In this document: piece after piece, positions 41,456 through 51,257 of the stretch
How positions within the stretch are numbered: the first letter of the stretch is position 1
Layout: every line of letters starts with the position of its first letter
From: Gemmatimonadota bacterium
GTDB lineage: Bacteria > Gemmatimonadota > Gemmatimonadetes > Palauibacterales > Palauibacteraceae
Assembly (NCBI GenBank): GCA_963666735.1
Contig: OY762926.1
Span: 96,001 to 160,000 of the forward strand
Length of the DNA: 64,000 bases
Direction of reading: 5' to 3'
Program-made: the position numbers and the translations under genes
The notes under the pieces: generated by a model
Databases searched by the model: none
Seen by the model: only the letters and a program-made list of their open reading frames with translations
Told to the model about the DNA's origin: nothing

Positions 41456-41484
41456 TTGACACATCGGCTTGGCTCCGGTAATCT
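41456..41484 (+). promoter_or_regulatory. Sigma70-type promoter of rplU-rpmA
   Basis: TTGACA-17 bp-TAATCT, 43 bp upstream of the rplU ATG. Confidence 0.7.
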
Positions 41485-41527
41485 CAGCGGCTCGCAATTC
41501 GTGGAATTTCAGTGGTGATCTGACGAT

Positions 41528-42094
41528 ATGTACGCGATTTTCAAAGCCCAGGGGAAGCAGTTCCGCGCGGTGGAGGACGCCGTGCTCCGCATCCCCTCCC
41601 TCGAGGCGGAGCCCGGGGATACGGTCACGTTCGATGACGTGCTGCTCGCCGAGCAGGACGGGGACGTCCACGTGGGAGCCCCGTGCGTGGCGGGCGCCTC
41701 GGTCGCGGCGGAAGTCGTGAGCCACGGGCGCGGCGACAAGATCATCGTCTACAAGATGAAGCGGCGGAAGGGCTACCGGCGGAAGCAGGGCCACCGCCAG
41801 GGTTACACGGAGATCCGCATCGTCGGCATCGATCTGCCCGACGAGCCGCGGGAAGCGGCGGCGAAGCCGGCGGCCGCGGCTCCGAAGGCTGAAGCCGCGC
41901 CCGCGCCCGAAGCCGCTCCGGAAGCCGAAGCCGCCCCCGCCGCCGAGTCGTCGCCGGTGGACATCACTCCGGTGGCACGGGAGCTGGCGGAAGAGCACGG
42001 ACTCGACCTGGGGGCGATCGAGGGAACGGGCAAGGACGGCCGCATCCTCAAGGGCGATGTGGACAGGGCCATTGCGGCGAAGGAAGGCGGCTGA
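41528..42094 (+). CDS. rplU: 50S ribosomal protein L21 with a C-terminal E3-binding (PSBD-like) extension
   Basis: [23 protein letters not shown]; Ala/Pro/Glu linker then [32 protein letters not shown]. Confidence 0.95.
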   Translation: MYAIFKAQGKQFRAVEDAVLRIPSLEAEPGDTVTFDDVLLAEQDGDVHVGAPCVAGASVAAEVVSHGRGDKIIVYKMKRRKGYRRKQGHRQGYTEIRIVGIDLPDEPREAAAKPAAAAPKAEAAPAPEAAPEAEAAPAAESSPVDITPVARELAEEHGLDLGAIEGTGKDGRILKGDVDRAIAAKEGG

Positions 42095-42351
42095 TGGCGC
42101 ATAAGAAAGGTGTCGGCTCCAGCCGCAACGGACGCGACTCGAACGCGCAGTACCTCGGCGTCAAGAGATACGGGGGCGAGCGGGTCACGGCGGGCCATAT
42201 CCTCGTTCGGCAGCGGGGAACGCCCTTTCACCCGGGTCGCAACGTCGGCCGGGGGAAGGACGACACGCTGTTCGCGCTCGCCGACGGTGAGGTCGAATTC
42301 CACCGCCGGCGAGGCCGCCGCTTCGTCAGCGTCGTGACGCCGGGAGCATAG
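42094..42351 (+). CDS. rpmA: 50S ribosomal protein L27
   Basis: [16 protein letters not shown]...RQRGT...GKDDTLFA. Confidence 0.98.
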   Translation: MAHKKGVGSSRNGRDSNAQYLGVKRYGGERVTAGHILVRQRGTPFHPGRNVGRGKDDTLFALADGEVEFHRRRGRRFVSVVTPGA

Positions 42352-42447
42352 CCCGCCGCGCGCTCGCAGCCGCACCGCCACCGGCTGCAGCCGCGCCGGG
42401 CGGTCCCGGCGTCCTCAGACGTTCGTCGGACCCCCTCGGCAGCCCCC

Positions 42448-43233
42448 TCAGGAGCCTTTGAACTCGGGCTTCCGCTTCTCCAGGAAGGCGCCCACGCCCT
42501 CCGCCATGTCGTCGGTCGAGAAGAGGAGCGAGAACCAGCTGCGCTCGAACTTGAGCCCCTCATCCAGCGGCATTCGCCGCGCGGCGAGGATCGACTCCTT
42601 GGCGGCCTGAAGCGCGACGGGGCTGCGGCTCGCGATGTTCGACGCGAGTTCCATCACATGCTCGTCCAGTGCCTCCGGGGCGACCGCGGCTTCGACGAGC
42701 CCGATCTGCTCCGCCTTCTCGCCCGAGATCAGCTCGCCGCTCAGCACGAGCCGCATCGCCCAGCCCTCGCCCACCAGGCGCGGGAGCCGCTGCGTGCCGC
42801 CGGCGCCGGGGATGAGTCCGAGGTTGATCTCCGGCTGGCCGAGGCGGGCCGAGGTCGAGGCCACGCGCATGTCGCACGACATGGCGAGTTCGCAGCCGCC
42901 GCCGAGGCAGAAGCCGTTGATCATCGCGATGACGGGCTTGGGGAAGGACTCGACCGCGCTGTACATGTCGCCGCGCGTCATGCTGCGGTACTGCTCAACC
43001 GGACGCGCGTCCTTGAACTCCGAGATGTCGGCGCCCGCGATGAAGGAGCGGTCGCCGGCCCCGGTGATGACGACGACGCGGACATCGTCGTCGCCCGCGA
43101 GGCGGTCGAGCGCGCCGAAGATGGCGCAGCGGACGGCGCCGTTTAGCGCGTTGAGCTTCTCCGGCCGGTTGACCGTGAGCCTGGCGATATGTCCGTCGAG
43201 TTTCTCGACGATAAGGACGTCACTCATGACCAC
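42448..43233 (-). CDS. Enoyl-CoA hydratase (crotonase)
   Basis: NRPEKLNAL, FIAGADI, LGGGCELA, GQPEINLG..PGAGGTQRL. Confidence 0.94.
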   Translation of the reverse strand: MVMSDVLIVEKLDGHIARLTVNRPEKLNALNGAVRCAIFGALDRLAGDDDVRVVVITGAGDRSFIAGADISEFKDARPVEQYRSMTRGDMYSAVESFPKPVIAMINGFCLGGGCELAMSCDMRVASTSARLGQPEINLGLIPGAGGTQRLPRLVGEGWAMRLVLSGELISGEKAEQIGLVEAAVAPEALDEHVMELASNIASRSPVALQAAKESILAARRMPLDEGLKFERSWFSLLFSTDDMAEGVGAFLEKRKPEFKGS

Positions 43234-43346
43234 TCCGATGCTTCAGGTTGGCTGGTTTTGGACGTTCCCGGCGGCCTGAGACGGTCGCCGGTCGAACGGT
43301 ATCACGCGAGACTTCATGGGGCTATGCGCCGGCGTCCCCCGCCGCT

Positions 43347-43679
43347 TCACTCCACCAGCGCTTGACGCAGGGCTTCTCTCACGGCGACGCCGTCTTCCTC
43401 GGACAGTCTGCCGATCCTGCGGAGAATCAGGTGTTCATCGAGAGTGAAGAGCTTGAGGCGAACCTTGCATGGAACCCGGAGACCGGCTTCGCGCCAGCGC
43501 CGTATCGGTACATCGCTGAGCCACTCCACATGCGTCGACGTGATCATCGCCAGGATCGATTGCCGATGCCGGGCTTGGAAGCTCGCCGAGGAAACGACGA
43601 GTGCGGGCCGCCGCCGGGATGCGTCCCTGTCCGTGAACGGGAAGGGGACTACGACCACATCGAGCGACTCACAGGTCAC
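43347..43679 (-). CDS. PemK/MazF family toxin
   Basis: DVVVVPFPFTD...RRRPALVVS...LAMITS. Confidence 0.88.
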   Translation of the reverse strand: MTCESLDVVVVPFPFTDRDASRRRPALVVSSASFQARHRQSILAMITSTHVEWLSDVPIRRWREAGLRVPCKVRLKLFTLDEHLILRRIGRLSEEDGVAVREALRQALVE

Positions 43680-43893
43680 GCCATGCTTCCTCGTCTTCGG
43701 GTGAGGTCCATTCGGCCATGGTTTCCGAGAGACCGCGCAGGTAGCCATCGGGACCCGGCGCCACCTTGCGAACGATCAGGTGTTCACCCGCCATCTCGAA
43801 GGCAAGTATATCGCCCTCGATCAAGCCAGCCTCATCGCGGATCTTCTTGGGAATCGTTGTCTGACCCCGCGCCGTGATCCTGGACAAATTCAT
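43669..43893 (-). CDS. AbrB/MazE family antitoxin
   Basis: SRITARGQTTIPKKIRD...GDILAF; acidic tail EWTSPEDEEAWRDL; overlaps toxin start. Confidence 0.88.
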   Translation of the reverse strand: MNLSRITARGQTTIPKKIRDEAGLIEGDILAFEMAGEHLIVRKVAPGPDGYLRGLSETMAEWTSPEDEEAWRDL

Positions 43894-44020
43894 CCCGTAC
43901 TCCTCTGCCGACCCCGCGTGTGTTTCTGATTGTACCGAAAATAAGTAATGCTGAACCACGGTGCACGGGCCCACGAGAACGACGGGACTCGGGCCCGCCT
44001 CCCTCCGGCTGTGCGCAGGC

Positions 44021-45733
44021 TCAGGCCAGATGTGTCGTACGGCCGCCGACGACGGTGCGGACGACTTCGATCTCCTTGATCGCGTGCGGGTCGGCCGTGT
44101 GGGGATCGTCGCCGAGGATGACGTAGTCCGCGAGCTTCCCCCCGGCGATCGAGCCCTTGATGTTCTCCTCGAAGGAGGCGTGGGCTCCGTTGATCGTGCA
44201 GATGCGGAGCGCCTCGGGGACGGAGATCTTCTGGCTCGGGCCCCACTCGCGTCCCTGCATGTCCGTGCGCGTGACCATGCTCTGGATCGCCATCAGCGCC
44301 TCGAACGGCCCCGGCGGGTAGTCGGACGCGCCGGCCACCGGGATGTCGTAGTCGAGGAAACGCCGGTGGGCGAACATCCATTCCATCTTCTCGGGTCCGT
44401 ACTCGCCCCACTTGTTCCCGTGGAAGTGGATGTAGGTGTAGAAGGGCGTCGGGATGGCGCCGATGTCCCTGATGCGCTCGAGAAGGGGGTCGTCCACGAG
44501 CGAGCAGTGCTCGAGCCGGAAGCGGGGGTCGGCCTGCGGCATCTCGCGCTGGACTTGCTCATAGGCGTTGAGACACATGTCGATCGTCTTGTCGCCGTTG
44601 GCGTGGATCCCGATCTGGAAGCCGGCGCGGACGGCATCGTCCACCGCCTCGTGGATATCCTCCTGACTCATGGTGCTGATGCCGTAGTCGTCCGGGCGCC
44701 CGACGTACGGGGTGCGCATCGCCATCGTGCGCTCCGACGCGGAGCCGTCCGCGCTGTACTTGACGGCGCCGATGCGCAGGTTCTCGTCGCCGAAGCCGGT
44801 ACGGATCCCCGCCTGCTTGAGCGCCGCGAACAGGCCGCCGCCCCCGGAGGGGAAGTAGTACATGCGGAAGCGGAGGTCCCCCGCGTCGTAGGCGTCCCGC
44901 AGCGCGGTCAGGCCCTGGCTGCCGCCGCCCGTCTCGTGGACGGAGGTAATGCCGGCCGCGGACATCAGTTGTCCGATGAGGGCGACGCCGGCCTGGCGGT
45001 CTTCCCGCGTGCTGCCGCCGGGGACGAGGCGCTGCAGCGGGCGGCGCGCGAGTGACGCCACCTTGCCCGTGAGTTCGCCGTCCTCGCGGTAGAAGTGCCC
45101 GCCGGGCGGGTCGGGCGTGTCCACGGTGATCCCGGCCAGTTCGAACGCCTTCGAGTTGTAGACGCTCGTGTGCCCGCCGCGGTGCGTGACCTGGACCGGG
45201 TGGTCGGGGACGGCCTCGTCGATGTCGAGGCGGTTGAGCGGGCGCCCCTCCTCGATCTTGGTGTCGTCATAAAGGAAGCCGACGACCCACTCGCCCGGAG
45301 GCGTATTCTGCGCGCGCTCGCGGAGCGCGGACTTCATGCCCTCGATCGTGCGGATGTTCATGTCCACCTGCGTGAGGTGGCGCATGCCGGCGGAGGAGGG
45401 GTGGTTGTGCGCGTCGATGAAGCCGGGGACGACAGTGCCGCCGCCCGCGTCGATGCGCTCGGTGCCGGGGCCGGCGAGGTTCGCGATGTCGGCGTTCGAT
45501 CCGGCCGCGAGGAAACGGCCGCTCTTCACGGCGAGCGCCTCGGCCTGCGGGTTCGCGTCGTCCACGGTGTAGATGGTCGCGTTCGTCACGACCTGGTCCG
45601 CGTGCCCCCCGGCGTCTCCCGCGGCTCCTCGGCCGCCTCCGCCCTGCGTCGCGCAGCCCGCCAGCGCCGCGCCTCCGGCCGCGAGCCCGGAAAGGGCCAT
45701 GAACTCCCGGCGATTGACTTCGCTCATCGTCAT
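44021..45733 (-). CDS. Amidohydrolase 3 (YtcJ-like), Tat-exported lipoprotein
   Basis: NRREFM, LAGC lipobox, PGFIDAHNH, IHANGD, RLEH, GSIAGGKLAD. Confidence 0.9.
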   Translation of the reverse strand: MTMSEVNRREFMALSGLAAGGAALAGCATQGGGGRGAAGDAGGHADQVVTNATIYTVDDANPQAEALAVKSGRFLAAGSNADIANLAGPGTERIDAGGGTVVPGFIDAHNHPSSAGMRHLTQVDMNIRTIEGMKSALRERAQNTPPGEWVVGFLYDDTKIEEGRPLNRLDIDEAVPDHPVQVTHRGGHTSVYNSKAFELAGITVDTPDPPGGHFYREDGELTGKVASLARRPLQRLVPGGSTREDRQAGVALIGQLMSAAGITSVHETGGGSQGLTALRDAYDAGDLRFRMYYFPSGGGGLFAALKQAGIRTGFGDENLRIGAVKYSADGSASERTMAMRTPYVGRPDDYGISTMSQEDIHEAVDDAVRAGFQIGIHANGDKTIDMCLNAYEQVQREMPQADPRFRLEHCSLVDDPLLERIRDIGAIPTPFYTYIHFHGNKWGEYGPEKMEWMFAHRRFLDYDIPVAGASDYPPGPFEALMAIQSMVTRTDMQGREWGPSQKISVPEALRICTINGAHASFEENIKGSIAGGKLADYVILGDDPHTADPHAIKEIEVVRTVVGGRTTHLA

Positions 45734-45800
45734 CTCCTCACAGAGTTGCCTGGCAGAGTCTCGTCACAGGGATCGCGCGCGCCGAAACGCGCGCGCCGCC

Positions 45801-47531
45801 TCAGGCTTCGTATGTGGCGCGGCCGCCGACGACGGTGCGCAGAATCTCGATTTCCTTGATCGCGAAGGGATCGGCCGTGTGCGGGTCCTCCGCGAGGATC
45901 ACGAAGTCCGCCAGCTTGCCGGCGGTGATCGATCCCTTGATCCCTTCCTCGAATGCGGCGTGAGCCCCGTTGATCGTGCACACGCGGAGCGCCTCTTCGA
46001 CGGTGATCTTCTGGCTCGGGCCCCACTCGCGCCCCTGCATGTCCGCGCGCGTGACCATGCTCTGGATGCCCATCAGCGCCTCGAACGGCCCGGGCGGATA
46101 GTCGGAGGCGCCCGCCACCGGAATCCCGTGGTCGATGAACCGCCGGTGCGCGAACATCCATTCCATCTTCTCCGGCCCGTACTCGCCCCACTTGTTGCCG
46201 TGGAAGTGGACGTAGGTGTAGAAGGGGGTGGGGATCGCGCCCACGTCCCGGATCCTGCGCAGGAGATCGTCGTTCACGAGCGAGCAGTGCTCGAGGCGGA
46301 AGCGGGGGTCGGCCTGCGGCATCTCCCGCTGGGCGCGCTCGAAGGCGTTGAGGCACATCTCGATCGCGAGATCGCCGTTGGCGTGAATGCCGATCTGCCA
46401 CCCGTGGCGCACCGCGTCGTCCACCGCCTCGTGGATCTCCTCCTGGTCCATCGTGAGGATCCCGTAGTCGTCGGGACGGCCGACGTACGGCGTGGACATG
46501 GCCATCGTGCGCTCGGAGGCGGAGCCGTCGGCCCCGTACTTGATGCCGCCCACCTTGACCCACTCGTCCCCGAAGCCGGTGCGGATGCCCGCCGCCTTGA
46601 GGGCGGGGAAGAGGTCGCCTCCCCAGCTGGCGTTGGGGAAGACGTAGGCGCGGAAGTGCAGTTCGCCCGCGGCGTACGCGTCCTGGTAGGAGACGAGGTC
46701 GTTGCCGGCCCCGGTCTCGTGGACCGAAGTGAGGCCGGCCGCCGCCATGCGTTCGCCGATGAGGCGGATGCTCTCCTGCCGCTCCGCGCGCGTCGTGCCC
46801 GCGGGGATGAGGCTCTCGAGCGGGTCCTTGGCGTGTTCCGCCACGCGTCCGGTGAGTTCGCCGTTCTCCCTGTAGTACCTGCCGCCGGGCGGGTCGGGCG
46901 TGTCGGCAGTGATCCCGGCGAGTTCGAATGCCTTCGAGTTGTAGACGCCGGTGTGGCCGCCCCGGTGGGTGACGGAGACGGGGTGATCCGGGACCGCGTC
47001 ATCGATGTCGGCTCGTGTCAGCGGCCGTCCGTCCTCGAGCTTCGTGTCGTCGTAGAGGAAACCCTGCACCCACTGGCCCGGTGGCGTGTTCTGGGCCCGC
47101 TCGCCGAGCGCGCTCTTGATGCCCGCGATCGTCCGCACGTCGAGACTCACCTGCTTGAGGTGCTTCGTACCGGAGTAGAAGGGGTGGTTGTGCGCGTCGA
47201 TGAAGCCGGGGACGACGGCGTGGCCCGCGGCATCGATGATGTCGGTGCCGGGACCGGCGAGGTTCGAGATGTCGTCGCTCGAGCCCACGGCGAGGAAGCG
47301 GCCGCTCTTGACGGCGAACGCCTCGGCGTGCGGCAGATCGTCATCCACGGTGTAGATGGTCGCGTCGCGAACGACGAGGTCGGCGTGGCCTTCCGCCGCG
47401 GTGCCGGCGCCGGAGCGCGATCCGCTTCCGGGGCTGCCGGAGTCTCCCGCGCCGCAGCCGGCCAGCGCCGCGCCTCCCGCCGCGAGGCCGGAGACCGCCA
47501 TGAAGTCACGCCGCGTGAAGTCGCTCATCAA
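45801..47531 (-). CDS. Amidohydrolase 3 (YtcJ-like), Tat-exported lipoprotein, tandem paralog
   Basis: TRRDFM, LAGC and the same metal motifs; highly similar to 44021-45733. Confidence 0.9.
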   Translation of the reverse strand: MMSDFTRRDFMAVSGLAAGGAALAGCGAGDSGSPGSGSRSGAGTAAEGHADLVVRDATIYTVDDDLPHAEAFAVKSGRFLAVGSSDDISNLAGPGTDIIDAAGHAVVPGFIDAHNHPFYSGTKHLKQVSLDVRTIAGIKSALGERAQNTPPGQWVQGFLYDDTKLEDGRPLTRADIDDAVPDHPVSVTHRGGHTGVYNSKAFELAGITADTPDPPGGRYYRENGELTGRVAEHAKDPLESLIPAGTTRAERQESIRLIGERMAAAGLTSVHETGAGNDLVSYQDAYAAGELHFRAYVFPNASWGGDLFPALKAAGIRTGFGDEWVKVGGIKYGADGSASERTMAMSTPYVGRPDDYGILTMDQEEIHEAVDDAVRHGWQIGIHANGDLAIEMCLNAFERAQREMPQADPRFRLEHCSLVNDDLLRRIRDVGAIPTPFYTYVHFHGNKWGEYGPEKMEWMFAHRRFIDHGIPVAGASDYPPGPFEALMGIQSMVTRADMQGREWGPSQKITVEEALRVCTINGAHAAFEEGIKGSITAGKLADFVILAEDPHTADPFAIKEIEILRTVVGGRATYEA

Positions 47532-47564
47532 GTCTTCCTCCGACGGTGGATCGGTCGATGTTCC

Positions 47565-48092
47565 CTACTTTAGCTCGACGAGTTGGTCGGGGTCCACGCG
47601 CACGACGATGTAGGTGATCGTTTCCGTGATCTCGCTGAAGCCGTGCGGCGAACCGGCCGGGATGATGAGCATGTCGCCGGGGCCGATATCCTGGCTCTTC
47701 CCGCCCGTGATCCCGCCCACGGAACTGGGTCCGGTGAGCGTGCGCACGGTGTTGCCTTCGGCGTCGAGGGCGCGCGCGTCGGAGAGTTCGCCGCCGGTGA
47801 CGAGCGTGCCGCGGCCGGAGACGACGTAGTAGACCTCGGTCTGATTGTGGTGCCGGATCGCCCCGAGCGACGTGGTCGGCGGGCGCTGCACGACGCCGAC
47901 GCCGGCGTTGTGTCCGCCCGCGTCGATGTGCCGGATCTGCTGGTCGCTGACCCGGCCCTCGGGCGCGTTCGCGATCGTGGCGAGGATGTCGGCGGCGGAG
48001 ATGTAGGTGGCCGGCGGGTTGTCCGGGCGGTCACCCGGCGCCGCGCTCCAGAGGACACCTGCCGCGAGGGTGGCGACGATCAGCTTCGACAT
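47565..48092 (-). CDS. Secreted cupin domain protein
   Basis: Signal peptide; HHNQTEVYYVVSGRG and GDMLIIPAGSPHGF. Confidence 0.82.
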   Translation of the reverse strand: MSKLIVATLAAGVLWSAAPGDRPDNPPATYISAADILATIANAPEGRVSDQQIRHIDAGGHNAGVGVVQRPPTTSLGAIRHHNQTEVYYVVSGRGTLVTGGELSDARALDAEGNTVRTLTGPSSVGGITGGKSQDIGPGDMLIIPAGSPHGFSEITETITYIVVRVDPDQLVELK

Positions 48093-48195
48093 GGTCCGGC
48101 TCCCGTTTCGATTCGTGGAGAGATGAGACGGTCCGCGGATTCTAGACCGGCCCGCCGGTCCGGTCCACGGCTTGCCAGAGACCGGACGGTAATTG

Positions 48196-48449
48196 CTGTG
48201 GGAGGATACGTACCGCGCGATGGCGGCGGCCGGCGAGGATTGGAGTGATTTCGATGTCACCCTCACCGACGGCCTGGATTAGTGGCGGCCTTCCCCAAGC
48301 GCTACACGATCCACTTCGCAGACCTCAACCCTACGATCGGCGGGGAGATCAAGAAGGTCAGACCGGTCGTCAGGCGCCAGATCGACCGGCTGTCTCCCGA
48401 GAAGGCGGCCGAACTCCGCCGGGTCATCACCGAGATGTACGGCGAATAG
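48196..48449 (+). pseudogene. Remnant toxin-antitoxin pair: antitoxin C-terminus plus internally deleted PemK/MazF toxin
   Basis: LWEDTYRAMAAAGEDWSDFDVTLTDGLD* then 48282-48449 AAFPKRYTIHFADLNPTIGGEIKKVRPVV joined to RRQIDRLSPEK...ITEMYGE* (55 aa). Confidence 0.65.
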
Positions 48450-48582
48450 CACCTCTCTCGCGTTCCCGCGGGAACACCTCGAGCCGCGTCGCTGTTCCGC
48501 GAACGGGTTGCGGACGTACGTTCCCGAGGGTCGTTTCGGAGGTTTGCGAAGGACCGCGCACGAGAGGGACCAGGAGGGACGG

Positions 48583-49848
48583 ATGACCGAGTGGAGCCGC
48601 CGCAACTTCGTCAAGACGACCGCCGCCGCGGGGCTCGCGCTCCCGGCCGCGCCCGCCCTGGCCGCGGCCGGCCCGCGGGCCGCTGAGGCCGGACTCCGCG
48701 TGGGTCCGGCGGCCGGCTCTCGTGCCGACGACGATCCGCTGGGGATCCGGGGCCAGTTTCCGGTCACGGAGGAGTTCGCCTACCTGAACACGGCCTCCAC
48801 GGGGCCGCTCCCGGTTCCCGTGCGCGAAGCGCTCGTCTCGTACGCGGACGAGAAGATGACGTACAACGATCCGGGGAGCCGCAGACGCGCCGTCGACCGT
48901 GCGCGCAGCCGTTTCGCGTCTCTGTTCGGAGCGGACGAGGAGGAGATCGCCTTCCTCTTCAACACGAGCGACGGCGAGAACATCGTGGCCAACGCGATCG
49001 ACTGGCGGCCGGGCGACAACGTCGTCATCGACGAACTCCACTTCACGACCGCCTTCGTCGTCTATGGGGAACTGGAGAAGCGCGAGGGCGTCGAACTCCG
49101 CATCATCCCCTCGCGCGAGGGACGCGCCCACCCCGAGGACTACGAAGCCTACACCGACGACCGCACGCGGCTCGTCAGCGTGGCGTGGGTCTCGAACCGC
49201 AACGGGTTCCGGCACGACCTCCCCACGCTGGCCGAGATCGCGCACGCCCGGGGCGGGTACCTGTTCGCCGACGGGATCCAGGCGTTCGGCACCTTCCCGG
49301 CGAACCTCCACGAGGAGGGCGTCGACTTCGCCTGCGGAAACGGATACAAGTGGCTCCACGCCGACTTCGGGTGCTCGATCCTGTACGCGCGGAGCGAGCA
49401 CCACGACTGGATGGAGCCCGACCGCTTCGGCCACGCGCAGGTGGCCGAGACGCTCCCGGAGCACCAGTACCGGCTCAGGACGGACGCCCGGAAGTTCGAG
49501 CACGGGAGCCTGGCGTTCGGTCCCGTCGCGGCCATGGACGCGGCTCTCGGCTTCATCGACGAGGTGGGTCTGGAGCGGATCGCCGAGCACACGCACACGC
49601 TCGCCGGCGATCTCCGCGAGGGCGCGGCGGAACTGGGGATGAAACTCTTCACGCCACCGGAGAACCCGTCACCGATCGTGAGCTTCCATCACGGGATGGA
49701 CCCGGACGAACTCGGGGATGCGCTGCGCGGGGAAGGCGTGTTCTTCACCTACCAGGAGGGAGGGGAACTCCTCCGCGCCGCCATCGCGATGTTCAACAAC
49801 CGCGACGACGTCGACCGCCTGCTCGGGGTGATCGCCGCCCGCGTGTAA
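48583..49848 (+). CDS. Class V PLP-dependent aminotransferase with Tat signal
   Basis: SRRNFVK; YLNTASTGP, ADGIQAFG, GYKWL. Confidence 0.88.
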   Translation: MTEWSRRNFVKTTAAAGLALPAAPALAAAGPRAAEAGLRVGPAAGSRADDDPLGIRGQFPVTEEFAYLNTASTGPLPVPVREALVSYADEKMTYNDPGSRRRAVDRARSRFASLFGADEEEIAFLFNTSDGENIVANAIDWRPGDNVVIDELHFTTAFVVYGELEKREGVELRIIPSREGRAHPEDYEAYTDDRTRLVSVAWVSNRNGFRHDLPTLAEIAHARGGYLFADGIQAFGTFPANLHEEGVDFACGNGYKWLHADFGCSILYARSEHHDWMEPDRFGHAQVAETLPEHQYRLRTDARKFEHGSLAFGPVAAMDAALGFIDEVGLERIAEHTHTLAGDLREGAAELGMKLFTPPENPSPIVSFHHGMDPDELGDALRGEGVFFTYQEGGELLRAAIAMFNNRDDVDRLLGVIAARV

Positions 49849-49851
49849 ATC

Positions 49852-50000
49852 TCACTCCGCGGGATCGACCTCTATCCGCGGGAGCCCCGCGCCGGTGAGC
49901 CGTCGGTTCAGGCGGGGCAGGTCGTCGCTGAGGATATCGTCGAGGGCCTGCAGGTGCACTTCGAGTTCGGCGGAGAGCTCGTTGAAGACTGCCTGGTAGA
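49852..50000 (-). pseudogene. Orphan 3' end of a gene cut at the island boundary (resembles the C-terminal helix of VPS10/BNR glycosyl-hydrolase-like proteins)
   Basis: AVFNELSAELEVHLQALDDILSDDLPRLNRRLTGAGLPRIEVDPAE* with host-like codon use and no start; family assignment from memory only. Confidence 0.55.
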
Positions 50001-50096
50001 CTTGAGCTTTAGAATTCACATATCTTTGTGATCGTTCAGCTTACGGGATTCGACGGGCGGATTCCCTCTGTTTCGTTCCCGCCGATTGGGGCTGGG

Positions 50097-51257
50097 TCAG
50101 GCGCGGACCCTCGGGCGGCTGTCCAAAGCCTTCCTGAGTTGTCCCGCATCGGCTTGCTGATAGCAGCGGAGCACCGTCTGGGCCTCCTTCCAGCCGCCCA
50201 GCTCGCACAGCACCTTTAGGGGCAGGTCCATCAGATCGCTGGCAAACTTGCGCCTGAGCGAGTGCCAGCCCCGCCGTGCCTTCGGCTCCAGTCCCGCGAG
50301 CCGCTCCGCCTTGTGCCACCAAGCACCCGCCCGCCCGCGGCTGATGCTCGCCAAGGGATCCCGCGACGCGGGCAGGACCGGCGTCTCCCCGTTCCCGGGG
50401 TTCGCTTCCCGCGCCTCCTCCAACACCGCTACCGCCTCGTCGGTCAGCGGCGTGGTGTGCTCGTACCCGGTCTTCTCGTGCTTCGCCCGCCACAGGATGG
50501 TTCTGTCCTCGAAGTCGATATCGAACCACCGAAGGTTGCGGATGGCCCCGATCCGATGCCCGGTTTCGTGCGCGAGCACGAGCGCGACGCGGAACCGCCA
50601 ATCGACCTGCCGGGATACCCCGAGCATCGCTTGGTACTCCTCCTCGGAGAGAACGACCCGGGCGGGGTTCTTCTCCTTGGGCGTCTTCAGGCCCCTCAGC
50701 GGGTTCGAGTCGAGAAGGAGCCTGCCCTCCTCATCTCTGGACTTCGCCGCCCAGTTGAGCACCGCGAGCAGGAACTTCAGGTCCAACTCGATGGTCCGGT
50801 TGGACACGAGCTTCCGGCTCGGTCCGATCCTGCCCGCCCTGCGCTCCCGTATGAACCGGTCCCAGTCCCTCCGTGACAGCGTCTCGGGTCTCCGCTCGCG
50901 CCCGAGGAAATCGAGGAACATCGCCGTCGCCGTCCCGTCGTGCCTGCGGCCCGTCACGCCCTTGGTGGGCGTCACCTCCTCACCGTAGATGTCAAAGAGC
51001 ATCTCCAGCGTGAGCGGCTCGGGCTCGGCTTCCGCCGCGCCCCCGATCTCCGGGTCGACGAACCCAGCCGCGAACTCGTCCGCTTGCCGTTTCGCCCTCG
51101 CCCAGTCGCGGTGTCCAAGCGACCGGGTGAGCCTGCGCCCGTTCTCGCGCCACTCAATCTGGAAGAGGCCGGTCTTCGGGTCGGGAAACACCCGGACCCG
51201 ATTCCGGCCCCACTCGCCGGCGCCGTAGGAGCGCCGCCTTGGTTTCGTGCGTGCCAT
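50097..51257 (-). CDS. Tyrosine recombinase / integrase
   Basis: Catalytic R (TGHRIG), K (EKTG), HSLRR, GGW and Y (LRCY); GGAGG RBS. Confidence 0.93.
   Translation of the reverse strand: MARTKPRRRSYGAGEWGRNRVRVFPDPKTGLFQIEWRENGRRLTRSLGHRDWARAKRQADEFAAGFVDPEIGGAAEAEPEPLTLEMLFDIYGEEVTPTKGVTGRRHDGTATAMFLDFLGRERRPETLSRRDWDRFIRERRAGRIGPSRKLVSNRTIELDLKFLLAVLNWAAKSRDEEGRLLLDSNPLRGLKTPKEKNPARVVLSEEEYQAMLGVSRQVDWRFRVALVLAHETGHRIGAIRNLRWFDIDFEDRTILWRAKHEKTGYEHTTPLTDEAVAVLEEAREANPGNGETPVLPASRDPLASISRGRAGAWWHKAERLAGLEPKARRGWHSLRRKFASDLMDLPLKVLCELGGWKEAQTVLRCYQQADAGQLRKALDSRPRVRA

Noticed and set aside
50016..50031. CRP-like site
   Set aside because: Half-sites are in the reverse order (TCACA-N6-TGTGA) to the CRP consensus; treated as a possible att feature instead
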